A stretch of DNA of 64,000 nt, from the NCBI RefSeq assembly GCF_009914755.1, contig NC_060928.1; one strand, written 5' to 3'. The notes beneath the pieces were generated by a model, which worked only from the letters and a program-made list of their open reading frames with translations, was not told where the DNA came from and made no database searches. Numbering within the stretch: the stretch's first letter is position 1; every line of letters starts with the position of its first letter. A program made the translations under genes and the position numbers. This DNA is from the human T2T-CHM13v2.0 reference genome, Homo sapiens. Positions 1-17,119 of this stretch are shown piece after piece.

Positions 1-230
1 TAAACACTCACAGGAATCTCTACCAACACTACAAATCATTTGGAATTTTTAGAGGGTTTAATTGGTTCAAACAGATACACGGAAGAAGCGGTGAAAAGCA
101 GAACTAGGTTAGAGCCACGCTGCCTGAATTCTTTTCATTTCACTTGTAGACTACCTGAAATGCCATCTTGGATGATAGTCTTTTTGGCTTAATAAGCATC
201 TATTTTAAAATTGCATGTTTTCTTTTGAAG

Positions 231-699
231 TAGTAGTTTTCACGGTGTGGCCTGGGGACCTACGGGTTCCTAAGACCTTTTGGAGGGCTCGGTGAGACAA
301 AAACTACTTTCATTATATTACTAACACATTATTTGCCTTTTTACTCTCATTCTCTTGCAGTTATATAGTGGAGTTTTCCAGAGGCTACATGACATGTGAT
401 ATCAAAAGAGATTTGATACACCAACAGTTTTATGTTAAGCCAGGCATTAAAGAGATTTGCAAAATGCAAAACAATAGTACTCTTCCCACTAGTTTTTGTT
501 TGGGAAAATATAGTGATATTTCATAAAAATGTGCAAATTTACATATGATGAAGTTATTATTTTTAAATGAATTAATAATTTTCCAGCTTTAATTTCAAAT
601 GTGATCAATAGATAAATATCACCCATATAAACAACTGTTCTCTCTGGTCGTCAGCAAATTTTAAGACTGTAAAGGAGTTCGAAAAGTTGGAGAACACTG
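231..699. mobile_element. hAT-Charlie family non-autonomous DNA transposon relic
   Basis: Degenerate Charlie-type termini (tagtagttttcac... / ...gaaaagttggagaacactg) and internal 'gtggagttttccagaggctacatgacatgtgat', which I recall from Charlie elements. Subfamily not resolved. Confidence 0.6.
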
Positions 700-1109
700 T
701 TCCGGAAGAAAGCTACTCACATCTTAGTCAATATGCTTTCCTCTAAATACTGGTATGAATCTGAAACTTCTATCTGAATGAAATTTGCTTAGAAGCAAGA
801 AAGGTCGAGCATTTTGAGGCAAGAGGTACTTTTATGGGCAAGACTAGCTTGATGCAGAGGGATAAACAGTGACGTGGGAACCACAGGCTCAGGTGGAATG
901 ACCCAGGTAGAAGGAACAGAGAGGGAGTCAAGAGTGCAATGGCAAATGCTCGTTTCTAAATTTAGCCTGAGACCAATGCTACATCTAGGAAGGGGTCATT
1001 TTTCTCTACCTTCTCTTACCTCTTATGCTCTGGGAGACTACAACACAGTTTCCACATTGAAATGCAATCCTTCATTAGTTTCCCACTGGTCTTTAAGGAC
1101 GAATATTAT

Positions 1110-1535
1110 AACTGTGGTCTACAACATTCTGTATTATCTGCTCCTGCCTACATTTCCATCTTTTTCCATTCTCCACCTGGCTCTCTATACGCTAGCCACA
1201 GGGCCCTTGGTCTATTCCTTGACCGGGCTATATTCACTTTCAACCTGCAGACATCAGCTTCCTTCAGTTATCAAGGAAGTCTTTCTGCCATTATAGATTC
1301 CCCCTAAATATGCACTCTTATGGCACTATAGATCTGCTTTATGGCATGCATCACAGTTGTAATTTTACATTTATTTGTGTGATTATTTCATTAATGCCTG
1401 CGTCTCCTTCACTAGGCTATAAGCTTTATGAGGAAAGGGACCATGCTTATTTTTACTCTATCTTGTATTTCCCATACCTAGTGAAATGCTTGGGACATAA
1501 TAGGGGCCCATTTAATATTTTTGAATGAATAAATA
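1110..1535 (+). mobile_element. L2 LINE 3' end relic
   Basis: 'ctataagctttatgaggaaagggaccatg...cttgggacataatagg...tttgaatgaataaat' matches the L2 3' terminus pattern. Confidence 0.7.
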
Positions 1536-1544
1536 CATGAATAA

Positions 1545-1770
1545 TAGGTATTATTTATTAAGCATTCCTCCTAGATACTGTTCTTGCACTTTGCAAGTGT
1601 GACATAATTTTGAAAAGAAGCCAATAGATAAGCACAATTATCATCCCCATTTACAGATGAAGAAACCAATGCACACAGAGGTTAGCTAATTTGCCCAAGG
1701 TCAAGCTGTAATTTTTGAGGTCAGGATTTGGACTCCAACAGTTTGATTTTAGCACCCACAACTCTATACT
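1545..1770 (-). mobile_element. MIR SINE
   Basis: Reverse-complement MIR core 'attatcatccccatttacagatgaagaaacc...gaggttagctaatttgcccaaggtc'. Confidence 0.75.
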
Positions 1771-2567
1771 GTAGTTCAGTTGTCTTATGGATGAAAAAGC
1801 ATTTATGGGCCCAATCTCCATTTATAAGGTTGGAATTCAAAATTATTCCTCATAGAAATCAATGACTGATTTATAAACTAGGAAGCTAAGGTACAAACTG
1901 ATGACCAACTCTATTGGGGAACTGTGTGGAATAAGTTCTGAAATTAACTAGTATTAAGAAAACAACAACAACAAAAAACAACAAACAGCAGTTTCATGTG
2001 AGAGCTTTGGTAGCTTTTTATGTTTCATTGGTTATAACAGAAAAATACATATATGTGCAATATGTGTAATGTATTTTCTGAAGGTATGAGGGCAGCCCAA
2101 GAAACAATGACAAAAACAATGTCCTCTTCTGGATATCTAGAACTAGATAGTACATGTTAGGATTCAGAAAACCTTTGATCTTCTGAGAAATTCTATTTTT
2201 GAAAAAGAAAGTGAATCAAAATAAAGCTATGAGCCTTAAGTTTCAGAATTACATAGATACATGTCTCCCTTTTCAACTCGGTTTAATTTCAATTATAACT
2301 TTTCAGCTATATTTATTTTTCAACTAATTTTATTTCTATTAAGTTGGTCATTTGAAATTACAAAACAGTTTCATGAGTATTTAAATGTGTAACATAATTG
2401 TAATCTATTTTTTCTATTATCACAGCATGCTTAAGAATATATCACAATATGAAAAACAAAGATCCAGGAAACCTATAAATTTGAACAATTTATCATCTAA
2501 AACCTAGCAAGCCATATCATTATTTTTATGTTTCAAGTCAATTTTATATTATTAGGATCTTTGTGAT

Positions 2568-2950
2568 TTCATTCAACAAATAAATTTTGGATACCTACTC
2601 TATGATAGGCATACCCAAGAGGAGGGGGGAAACAAAGATAAAGGTGGCCTGGTCTCTATCCTAAAAGATCTTACGGTCTAGTTGCAGCAAACTAAAAAGG
2701 TAAAGGCCAGATAATGGGGTTAAGGAAAGGCTGCTTACCTCACCCAACTGAGCGAGGGGTTTCAAAAGATGTAACATCTAAACTAAGACCCAAATGATCA
2801 GTAAGAATGGCCCAGAGAAGGGTAGAGGTGGAAGGCACCTAAAAATGGTTTAGGGAATGGTGGGGGTCAGAACAGCACGTGTGAAAGGCCTGTAGACAAG
2901 GAAGTGTGTTCGTGGTGCTTAGAGGAAAAGAAAGGCAGGGCATAGTGAAT
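2568..2950 (-). mobile_element. L2 relic
   Basis: 'cattcaacaaataaattttggatacctactctatg' is the reverse L2 3' end, followed by purine-rich L2 body. Confidence 0.55.
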
Positions 2951-4904
2951 GGGACATAATAAACACCATTCCCATGGCACCAATCTCTCACAGAAGCTTC
3001 ATGAAAAGATAACCAGTTATATCTACCAGCCTTCTCATCTTCCAGGAAATCAAAGACACAGAAAGGGCAATGAGATTATGAAATACCTCAAAAAGTGCTC
3101 TTTGGAAATTTAACTTTCCTCAGTGCTAAAACTTTGTTTTTTAAAAATTTTACTAGTAACCAAAATGTCAGCAAAACCGAATGTTACCAGTGCTGCTAAG
3201 TTGAGACATGGCTGGAGTGGAGGACAGGATTGTAAAGTTAGAATCTTAAGACTGTCCAAATCTTCTATGGCTGGCAAATGCTTTGTTCTCTGAAGAATAT
3301 GTATTACTATAGTGAACTTATTCCTTCTGAAATTTTTCTTACTTAGCAAGGAGTTATTTCTATGCAAAAATGGAAAATTCAAAGACTAAAAACCCTCACT
3401 GTATAGTAATCTATATTGTTTGTGTACTGGTGCTGTCTGCTTAGCCCCAAGTCATCAATTATGTATAGAAATGTACAGCTACAGCAGTAGCCAGTGTCAT
3501 GGGCCTGTCAGGGATTTCTTAAGAGGAACAAAAACACTTGATTCTATCTACTTTTAGAAAACACAGGATAGGTGAAAAGAGGAAGAAAATGAAAGAAAAT
3601 ATGAGTAATCCTCAATACATACATTGGCTTCTTATAATAAATGAAAAATAAATTTTAAAAAAGCACTTGAAACCAGAAATATAACTAAGAGAAAGCATTG
3701 GATATAGACACAAGAAAGGCTGACATCAGCACATCAAAACCACACACTTTAGAATACAAATTCATTTCTTATATATTCCAGGAAAAATAACTAATGGGGG
3801 TCACCAAGCTCTAACCTCTCTGAACCAAATTCAATGGATCCAGTGTTTACAACAAGGAGTAGTCACGTTATTTGAAATAAAATGTTTTGTAATTACCAAA
3901 CCTCGTTGGCTTCTGAGGTGAGAGTTTTCATTCTAAATGAATGAAGTATGTTTACAAACTGACCTGGGAGCACAAGGACTATAAAGATTAACATGAAGAA
4001 AATGCAATCTAAGATATCTTATGGAATTTTCCCTATTATACCAAACACAGCAAAAGCTTTCACTGGGATTTCAATAAATTTAGTTTTACACATTGCTACA
4101 GAAATTTAGTTATTCTCCCTTTCTCTAGTGGATAGCTGGGGTAGCAGCTGGTGTGCTGTGTATTTAAAACGTGTAAAAGAACTCCTGTTCTCTCTCAGTA
4201 CCTACATAAATGTGCTTGAGGAAATTTGAAAAAATGATTTGCTTTAAGTAAAATGACTTTATTACCTTTCCTGTAGGGTATTTGACAAGCTTTTAAACAT
4301 CTAAGAGTCATGTTTTCAGAAAGCATACAGATTTCTTCTGGAGAAAACTACAGTACATAAAAACGTATCATTTAAATTTATGTAAATTTTCCTGAACCAC
4401 ACATTCTTGAATGTATATCTTCATTGTTCAACACTTTCTGGGTAGAATTTTTAATGCCTGATTTTTATAAAATAATTTACTTGACATGTAAATATTGTGA
4501 GATAGCCAAAGATATAATAATTTTCTATTACTTTAAAGAGTGTGTAACAGTCGCACTTTGTCATTACTATACAGGTTAGATCCCGTGCCATATTAGTCAA
4601 CCAAATTCTATAAAATTGAAAGCATATTTAAAAATCAATGCTGAGACATTAGGAAATGCCTGAAACAGATGAGAACCAAATCAATTCCCTTATTTCTTAG
4701 ATTTAAAATGGGCATAATTTGCTGATCATTCACTGAGAGTGTAATTTAGCAAAACAGACCCCAATGAATGCTGAAATATGTTTTCTCAGCTCTTATTTTT
4801 CAAATGATTTTTGCTGGTTTTAGTGTAAACAATTCCAGCATATTTAAACACATTACAATTAGACCCACAACCTACCAAATTAACTACTTGTTACTACTAT
4901 AGTC

Positions 4905-5713
4905 CATTAAACAGACACTTCTCAAAAGAAGACATACAAGCAGCCAACAAATACATGAAAAAAAATGCTCAACATCAACAATTATCAAAGAAATGCAAAT
5001 CAAAACCACAATGAGACACCATCTCACACCAGTCAGAATGGCTATTATTAAAGTAAAAAACAACAGTTGATGGTAAAGCTGCAGGGAAAAGGGAACACTG
5101 GTACACTGTTGGTGGGAATGTAAATTATTTCAGCCACTGTGGGAAGCAGTTTGGAGACTTCTCAGAGAACTTAAAGCAGAACTACCATTCAACTCAGCCA
5201 ATCCCATTACTGGGCATACATCCAAAAGAAAATAAATTGTTCTACTAAGAAGACACATGCACAAGCATGTTCACTGCACCACTATTCACAATAGTAAAGA
5301 CATGGAATCAATCTAGGTGTTCATCAACAGTGGATTAGATAAAGAAAATGTGGTACTTATATACTATAGAATACTATGCAGCCATAAAAAGAACAAAATC
5401 ATGTTCTTTGCAGCAACATGGATGCAGCTGGAGGCCATTATCCTAAGCAAATTAATGCACATTCTCACTTACAAGTGGAACCTAGATATTGGGTTCTCAT
5501 GGACATAAAAATGGCAACAATAGACACTGGGGACTAATAGAGCAGGGATGAAGGAAGGGAGGCAAGGGTTGAAAACCTACTGGGTACTATGCTCACTATC
5601 TGGGTAATGAGATCATTCATATCCCAAACCTCAGCATTATTTCATATACCCTAGTAACAGTCCTGTACATGTACCCCCACAAATCTAAAATAAAAGTTGA
5701 AATTAAAAAAAAA
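4905..5713 (+). mobile_element. 5'-truncated older primate L1 (L1PA15/16- or L1PB-like): end of ORF2 plus 3' UTR
   Basis: Homologous to 10940-11750 of the young L1 in this window (aacagacacttctcaaaagaagac...caccagtcagaatggc). The 3' UTR ends 'ctaaaataaaagttgaaatt' followed by an A-tract. Confidence 0.85.
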
Positions 5714-5723
5714 TATATATATA

Positions 5724-6633
5724 GGGGGAGGAGCCAAGATGGCCGAATAGGAACAGCTCCCGTCTACAGCTCCCAGCGTGAGCGACACAGAAGACGGGTG
5801 ATTTCTGCATTTCCATCTGAGGTACCGGGTTCATCTCACTAGGGAGTGCCAGACAGTGGGCGCAGGCCAGTGTGTGCGCGCACCGTGCGCGAGCCGAAGC
5901 AGGGCGAGGCATTGCCTCACCTGGGAAGCGCAAGGGGTCAGGGAGTTCCCTTTCTGAGTCAAAGAAAGGGGTGACAGACGCACCTGGAAAATCGGGTCAC
6001 TCCCACCCGAATATTGCGCTTTTCAGACCGGCTTAAGAAACGGCGCACCACGAGACTATATCCCACACCTGGCTCGGAGGGTCCTACGCCCACGGAATCT
6101 CGCTGATTGCTAGCACAGCAGTCTGAGATCAAACTGCAAGGCGGCAACGAGGCTGGGGGAGGGGCGCCCGCCATTGCCCAGGCTTGCTTAGGTAAACAAA
6201 GCAGCCGGGAAGCTCGAACTGGGTGGAGCCCACCACAGCTCAAGGAGGCCTGCCTGCCTCTGTAGGCTCCACCTCTGGGGGCAGGGCACAGACAAACAAA
6301 AAGACAGCAGTAACCTCTGCAGACTTAAGTGTCCCTGTCTGACAGCTTTGAAGAGAGCAGTGGTTCTCCCAGCACGCAGCTGGAGATCTGAGAACGGGCA
6401 GACAGACTGCCTCCTCAAGTGGGTCCCTGACTCCTGACCCCCGAGCAGCCTAACTGGGAGGCACCCCCCAGCAGGGGCACACTGACACCTCACACGGCAG
6501 GGTATTCCAACAGACCTGCAGCTGAGGGTCCTGTCTGTTAGAAGGAAAACTAACAAACAGAAAGGACATCCACACCAAAAACCCATCTGTACATCACCAT
6601 CATCAAAGACCAAAAGTAGATAAAACCACAAAG
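5724..6633 (+). promoter_or_regulatory. L1 5' UTR: internal sense promoter and antisense promoter region, YY1 site intact
   Basis: CAAGATGGCCG YY1 motif at 5735-5745 and high CpG density. The ~910-bp length matches L1HS/L1PA2. Promoter function is established for the family but not shown for this copy. Confidence 0.85.
5959..6174 (-). CDS. ORF0: LINE-1 ORF0 (71 aa, antisense), intact reading frame
   Basis: ATG at 6174-6172, translating MAGAPPPASLPPCSLISDCCASNQRDSVGVGPSEPGVGYSLVVRRFLSRSEKRNIRVGVTRFSRCVCHPFL*, which matches the primate L1 ORF0 peptide. Expression unknown. Confidence 0.8.
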   Translation of the reverse strand: MAGAPPPASLPPCSLISDCCASNQRDSVGVGPSEPGVGYSLVVRRFLSRSEKRNIRVGVTRFSRCVCHPFL

Positions 6634-7653
6634 ATGGGGAAAAAACAGAACAGAAAAACTGGAAACTCTAAAACGCAGAGCGCCTCTCCTCCTTCAAAGG
6701 AACGCAGTTCCTCACCAGCAACGGAACAAAGCTGGATGGAGAATGATTTTGACGAGCTGAGAGAAGAAGGCTTCAGATGATCAAATTACTCTGAGCTACA
6801 GGAGGACATTCAAACCAAAGGCAAAGAAGTTGAAAACTTTGAAAAAAATTTAGAAGAATGTATAACTAGAATAACCAATACAGACAAGTGCTTAAAGGAG
6901 CTGATGGAGCTGAAAACCAAGGCTCGAGAACTACGTGAAGAATGCAGAAGCCTCAGGAGCTGATACGATCAACTGGAAGAAAGGGTATCAGCAATGGAAG
7001 ATGAAATGAATGAAATGAAGCGAGAAGGGAAGTTTAGAGAAAAAAGAATAAAAAGAAATGAGCAAAGCCTCCAAGAAATATGGGACTATGTGAAAAGGTA
7101 CACCAATCTACGTCTGATTGGTGTACCTGAAAGTGATGTGGAGAATGGAACCAAGTTGGAAAACACTCTGCAGGATATTATCCAGGAGAACTTCCCCAAT
7201 CTAGCAAGGCAGGCCAACGTTCAGATTCAGGAAATACAGAGAATGCCACAAAGATACTCCTCGAGAAGAGCAACTCCAAGACACATAATTGTCAGATTCA
7301 CCAAACTTGAAATGAAGGAAAAAATGTTAAGGGCAGCCAGAGAGGAAGGTCGGGTTACCCTCAAAGGGAAGCCCATCAGACTAACAGCGGATCTCTTGGC
7401 AGAAACCCTACAAGCCAGAAGAGAGTGGGGGCCAATATTCAACATTCTTAAAGAAAAGAATTTTCAACCCAGAATTTCATATCCAGCCAAACTAAGCTTC
7501 ATAAGTGAAGGAGAAATAAAATACTTTATAGACAAGCAAATGCTGAGAGATTTTGTCACCACCAGGCCTGCCCTAAAAGAGCTCCTGAAGGAAGCGCTAA
7601 ACATGGAAAGGAACAACCAGTACCAGCCGCTGCAAAATCATGCCAAAATGTAA
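6634..7653 (+). pseudogene. ORF1: L1 ORF1p (RNA-binding chaperone), disrupted
   Basis: ATGGGGAAAAAACAG start at 6634. In-frame TGA at 6778-6780 and 6961-6963 (CGA>TGA). The downstream 219-aa ORF carries the ORF1p RRM/CTD sequence (NLRLIGVPE, ARREWG, YPAKLS). Confidence 0.95.
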
Positions 7654-7689
7654 AGACCATCGAGACTAGGAAGAAACTGCATCAACTAA

Positions 7690-11543
<3,854 letters not shown>

Positions 11544-11757
11544 ACAATGAGATCACATGGACACAGGAAGGGGAATATCACACTCTGGGGACTGTGGTGG
11601 GGTGGGGGGAGGGGGGAGGGATAGCACTGGGAGACATACCTAATGCTAGATGACGCGTTAGTGGGTGCAGCGCACCAGCATGGCACATGTATACATATGT
11701 AACTAACCTGCACAATGTGCACATGTACCCTAAAACTTAAAGTATAATAAAAAAAAA

Positions 11758-11785
11758 TATATATATATATATATACATATATATA
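11758..11785. repeat. (TA)n microsatellite at the L1 3' junction
   Basis: tatatatatatatatatacatatatata read directly. Confidence 0.9.
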
Positions 11786-12199
11786 GTCTTTTAAAAAGAA
11801 AAAGCTACAATTCGACAACTATTATTATTTGATTTATTGACTTTCATATTTTGGCTCTCATGCATACTTATTTAAAGATTTTGTAAATTCAGGGAGAAAC
11901 TGAGTTGAGACCATTTAAAAATCTTTTACTATGAGTTTATAACTTTACATTTATTACGCACATGAAATGTGAAGAAAAATTTCAGTTTCCTGTTTACTAT
12001 GTGAAAGGTGTTTTACATAATCACTTAATCCTTAATCCAATATATTACTAACTATTGTTCCAAAAGGTAAATAACTTGTCCAAGGGTCATATGACTACTG
12101 AGAGATCCTCGTGTAACTTTGTCACTCAATTGCATTTGACAGTTTCCTTCCTGAAACACTTAGTTCATTTGATTCTGGAATATTGCATTCTACTCTTTT

Positions 12200-12530
12200 A
12201 CCTTCTTCCCCTAGATCTTCCTCCCTCACTTACTCAAGTCTCTTATAAGGCTTCCACAACTGTCCCATCTACAACAGACAGACACACACACACACACACT
12301 CCCCATCTTCTCTCCTCTACTTCTTCTTGCTGTTATCTTGCTTTATTTTTGTTCACACCACTTGATATTATACTTATTTGCTTTTGTCTATTTACACAAG
12401 TGTTCTCTTACCTCTATCCCCCAACTAAGCTCTACAAGGGATTTTTTTTTGTCTTCTTCCCCCTGCATTCTCAATGTCTACAACAGTGCTTGGCACAAAA
12501 CAAGCCTTCAATAAACTTGTTGAATCAACA
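12200..12530 (+). mobile_element. L2 3' relic with an internal (CA)n, flanked by MIR pieces
   Basis: 'ctaagctctacaaggg...aacagtgcttggcacaaaacaagccttcaataaacttgttgaatc'. MIR-like 'aaggtaaataacttgtccaagggtc' at ~12065. Confidence 0.6.
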
Positions 12531-14094
12531 AATGGCTAGAAGTTGTGGAGCTGGAGTTTTAATCCAGGTCTTACTAACTCTAGTCCTATGCTTAATTTAT
12601 AATACTATACTTGGATTAATTTCAAATACAGTATACCTTTATTGAAAGTTTCCAAGGAATAAACTTGCAAGGAAACAACACATCTTTATAATGAATCCTA
12701 TAGCCCTATTCCTCTCTGCTCTACCCAAAGCCTGTAAGTAAAGAAAGCTGCTTTGCTCAATGAAAGAGGAGGAGAGGTACGTCACCCATGAAGAAAAAAG
12801 AAAGAAACTAACACTTGTTAGGCATTTACTTTGTTCTGAGTAGTATATGTAACATACGTATGTATGTGCATGTGTACATTTGCACATGTATATTTCTGTA
12901 TGTGCATAATTCATTTCTATTTTATTTTCATGGCAATAATGTAAAGCAGGTAACATTTATTCCTTATTTTTAAGTGGAAACAAGAGACTTACAGAGTTAC
13001 CAGGAAGTTCCAATAATTTTTGCACACGGGAATGTGTGTGTATATATGTGCATGATAAAATCTATATTTCCCAATCTTCATTTTCCAGCTAAAATATTTT
13101 TGAGTGGAATACTTAAGGAACAAAAAAACCCTGCAGCACTTAATACTACAGAAAGCTTCTTTCCATTCAGGAATGCCTCAAGCAACTGGCAAAAAAGGCA
13201 AAGCAAATAAAATGATTACTTCCCTTTCTAGGCAGGAACTACTCATCGTCTACCTTAAAACAACAACCATGCTCTACCATAAGTCCGTTATCTACTTTGA
13301 AGCAATACGTGAAAGGTAGAAGTAAGATTGGTAAGCGCAACTTATTTGATGAGAGCTATCATTAAACTATGGAAATTCAATTCCCTCTCCACGGTTGTTT
13401 CTACCCAAGGTAAGTGAGGGGAGCTTCAGAGAATCACTTGAAGAATATGTCCCCTGGAATTTGGGGAAAAAGGAAAGAGTACCCGGAAGTGAGGCATGAT
13501 TCCCTCCAGGAGAGTCTTGAAGCTGAGAGGCTGGAAGGGGAGAAGAGCTGCAAGTTCTTCCTTGGCCAGGCAAAGATGTGGCAGTTTTCCTACAGGTCAA
13601 GTAACCCGAAAAAGAGAAAAGGACTTGAGTCATCCTGACAGAACTCCCATTAGAGAGGAGATCAATAGGAGTCAAGAGCTGTGACTAGAGTTCTTAGAGG
13701 ATCATTGTTCATGCCTAATATTGTATTAGGATGCTCCTAATGAAGCACGATCACTGAAAAACCCACAGAAGCACCCCCACAAAAAAAAAAAAAGAGCTAG
13801 CTTTTGAAGATATGCCACACTCAGAGGACATCAAAGATAGATTACAACTCGAGACACATGACACTTTTCTAATTCTTCTCTAATCCCTCTTTCCCCCATG
13901 TATCTGATTCTACATGGGACAAAATAGTGCTACAAGAATGGGGAGGAGGTAGACCAAGGATGAGGGAAGAAACTTATAATTCTCCTTTCCCTGCTGCAGA
14001 TTATTGATTGTGAGTTGATGTGGGAGGGAAAGAAAGAGGAAAAACTTTTAGCTGGATTAGAAACTGAAGTTTTGGCATTAGACTAGACTAGGCT

Positions 14095-15170
14095 TTTTTG
14101 TTTATTGAAGTATAATATAGTATAAAATTTTACATATATGTCTTATACATACATACAAATACCTGGGTAACCATCACCCAAATCCAAATATAAAACATTT
14201 TCTAGTACTTCAGGAAAATCTCTCCAAGTCAATACTCACTTTGCCAAAGGTACCATTATTTGGACTTTTGTCACCACAGGTTAATTTTTCTTATTTGAGT
14301 TTCATATACATGAAATCATGCATAAGAACTCTCTTAATGCCTGCCTTCTTTTACTTAGTATTATTAATATATCTGTGATAGTTAATCATATTTTTGTGTG
14401 GAGCAGTAGCTCAGCTTTTCCATTCATATTTTGTTGTAATGTATGAATATCCCACGATTTATTTATCCATTCTCCTGATGATGGACATTTGAATTTTTTT
14501 TTCATTTTGGTTTACACACATAAAAAAGTTGCTAAAAACATTCCTGAAGATGTCTTTTGATGAACATTTGCATTCATTCTGTTGGATACAACACCTGAGA
14601 GTAGAACTCCTAAGTGATAGGGTAGGCATATGTTTAACATTAGTAGATGCAGCCAAACAATTTCCCAAAGTACTTGAACCATTTACCATTCACTCCTACC
14701 AGCAATGTATTAGAATTCCAGTTACTAGACATCTGCTTTAATACTTGTTAGTGACAATCTTCTAAAAGTTTAGTCATTTTGATACATGTGTGGCAGTCTT
14801 ATTGTGGCTTTAATTTGCATTTTCCTGGTGACTTATGGTGTTGAGCCCCTTTTAATATGCTTATTGGAGATTTGGATATTATCCATTATGAAGTACCTAT
14901 TCAAATCCTTGCCCACTTTTTATTGTGTCACCTATTTTTATTGATTTGTAAGAGTTATTTACATAGTTTGGGTAGAAGTGCTTGCTGGATATCTGACAAA
15001 GGATGTGTGTATTCTAAATAACTTCTTGGATTGTATGGCTTGCCTTTTATTCTCTTAATGGTGGCTTTCAATAAATAGATGTTTTTAATTTTAATGAAAT
15101 CCAATTAATCAATCTTTTCATATATAGTTACGTTTTTGTGACTTAAGATGTTCACCTATGTTTTTTTCTA
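14095..15170 (-). mobile_element. Ancient mammalian L1 (L1ME/L1MC-type) 3' region
   Basis: 'ttttgtttattgaagtataat...gtaaccatcacccaaatcc...atccattctcctgatgatggacatttg...ttaatttgcattttcctg' is the typical reverse L1M 3' end. Confidence 0.8.
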
Positions 15171-15759
15171 GTGTACTGAATTTTTTATTACCTGAAAATG
15201 ACTGGAAAAACTATGGGTTTATTCTAATATTTTATCAAAGAAGGAGAAGAAATGGATTCACAGAGGAAGTGTAAAGGGGTGTTAAGGGGTGACAGTAATA
15301 TTGCTTTCTGCTCATACCCAACAGCATCTAGATCATTTAATAAATCTTATATTTGGCTTGACTATGAAGATTAATTTGAGAAGTAAGTATATCATGCCTT
15401 TTAAAAAAGTGAACAATCCTCCTAGTGAGTATGTGAGGCACTCCTGATTTAACAGCTAAATTGATTATAGATATGACATAATCAGAAGAATTTCCATTAT
15501 TGAATATATATTGAGTATCCTATGGTAATCCATCCAATGATGTACTTCTATTATAATTTGATTTCCTTAGACATGGTATTTGCTATTAGAGTTTGTGTAT
15601 CTTGGTGGAAAGATGCTGGTCAGAAAGTTAGAAGTGTTTCCAGTCCCACTCTGCACTGACTACCTAGTAATGACTCATCCACAGCCACAGAGCTGAATTT
15701 TCACAACTGTACATTACCAAGTTGGATTTGGATTTCTAACCTGTTCTTCTGTACCCACC

Positions 15760-16970
<1,211 letters not shown>

Positions 16971-17119
16971 TAAAGTTAAAAATGTTGGCAAAATATTTTG
17001 TGATTTATTGTTCAATGAGAAATATAACAGATAATCAAAATGCAAAATAAACCATCAAATAAAAATTATATTCTTTCACAATATAGCTTCTAAACAGATC
17101 ATCAAGAAGGTTGTAAAGA

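Noticed and set aside
874-1528. Overlapping 140-, 81- and 72-aa ORFs
   Set aside because: They largely overlap an L2 relic, with no homology I recognise and no exon structure.
2730-2745. Minus-strand donor GAG|gtaagc
   Set aside because: It lies inside an L2 relic with no matching acceptor or ORF.
6188-6631. 147-aa antisense ORF in the L1 5' UTR, and other antisense L1 ORFs (7227, 8058, 8970, 9238, 9834, 11279)
   Set aside because: These are generic by-products of L1 consensus sequence with no established product, unlike ORF0.
11587-11620. G-quadruplex-like tract
   Set aside because: It is a standard component of the L1 3' UTR and not specific to this locus.
12055-12645. 196-aa ORF on the plus strand
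   Set aside because: It starts at TTG, runs through MIR/L2 relics and a (CA)n tract, has low-complexity Leu/Phe-rich composition, and shows no recognisable domain.
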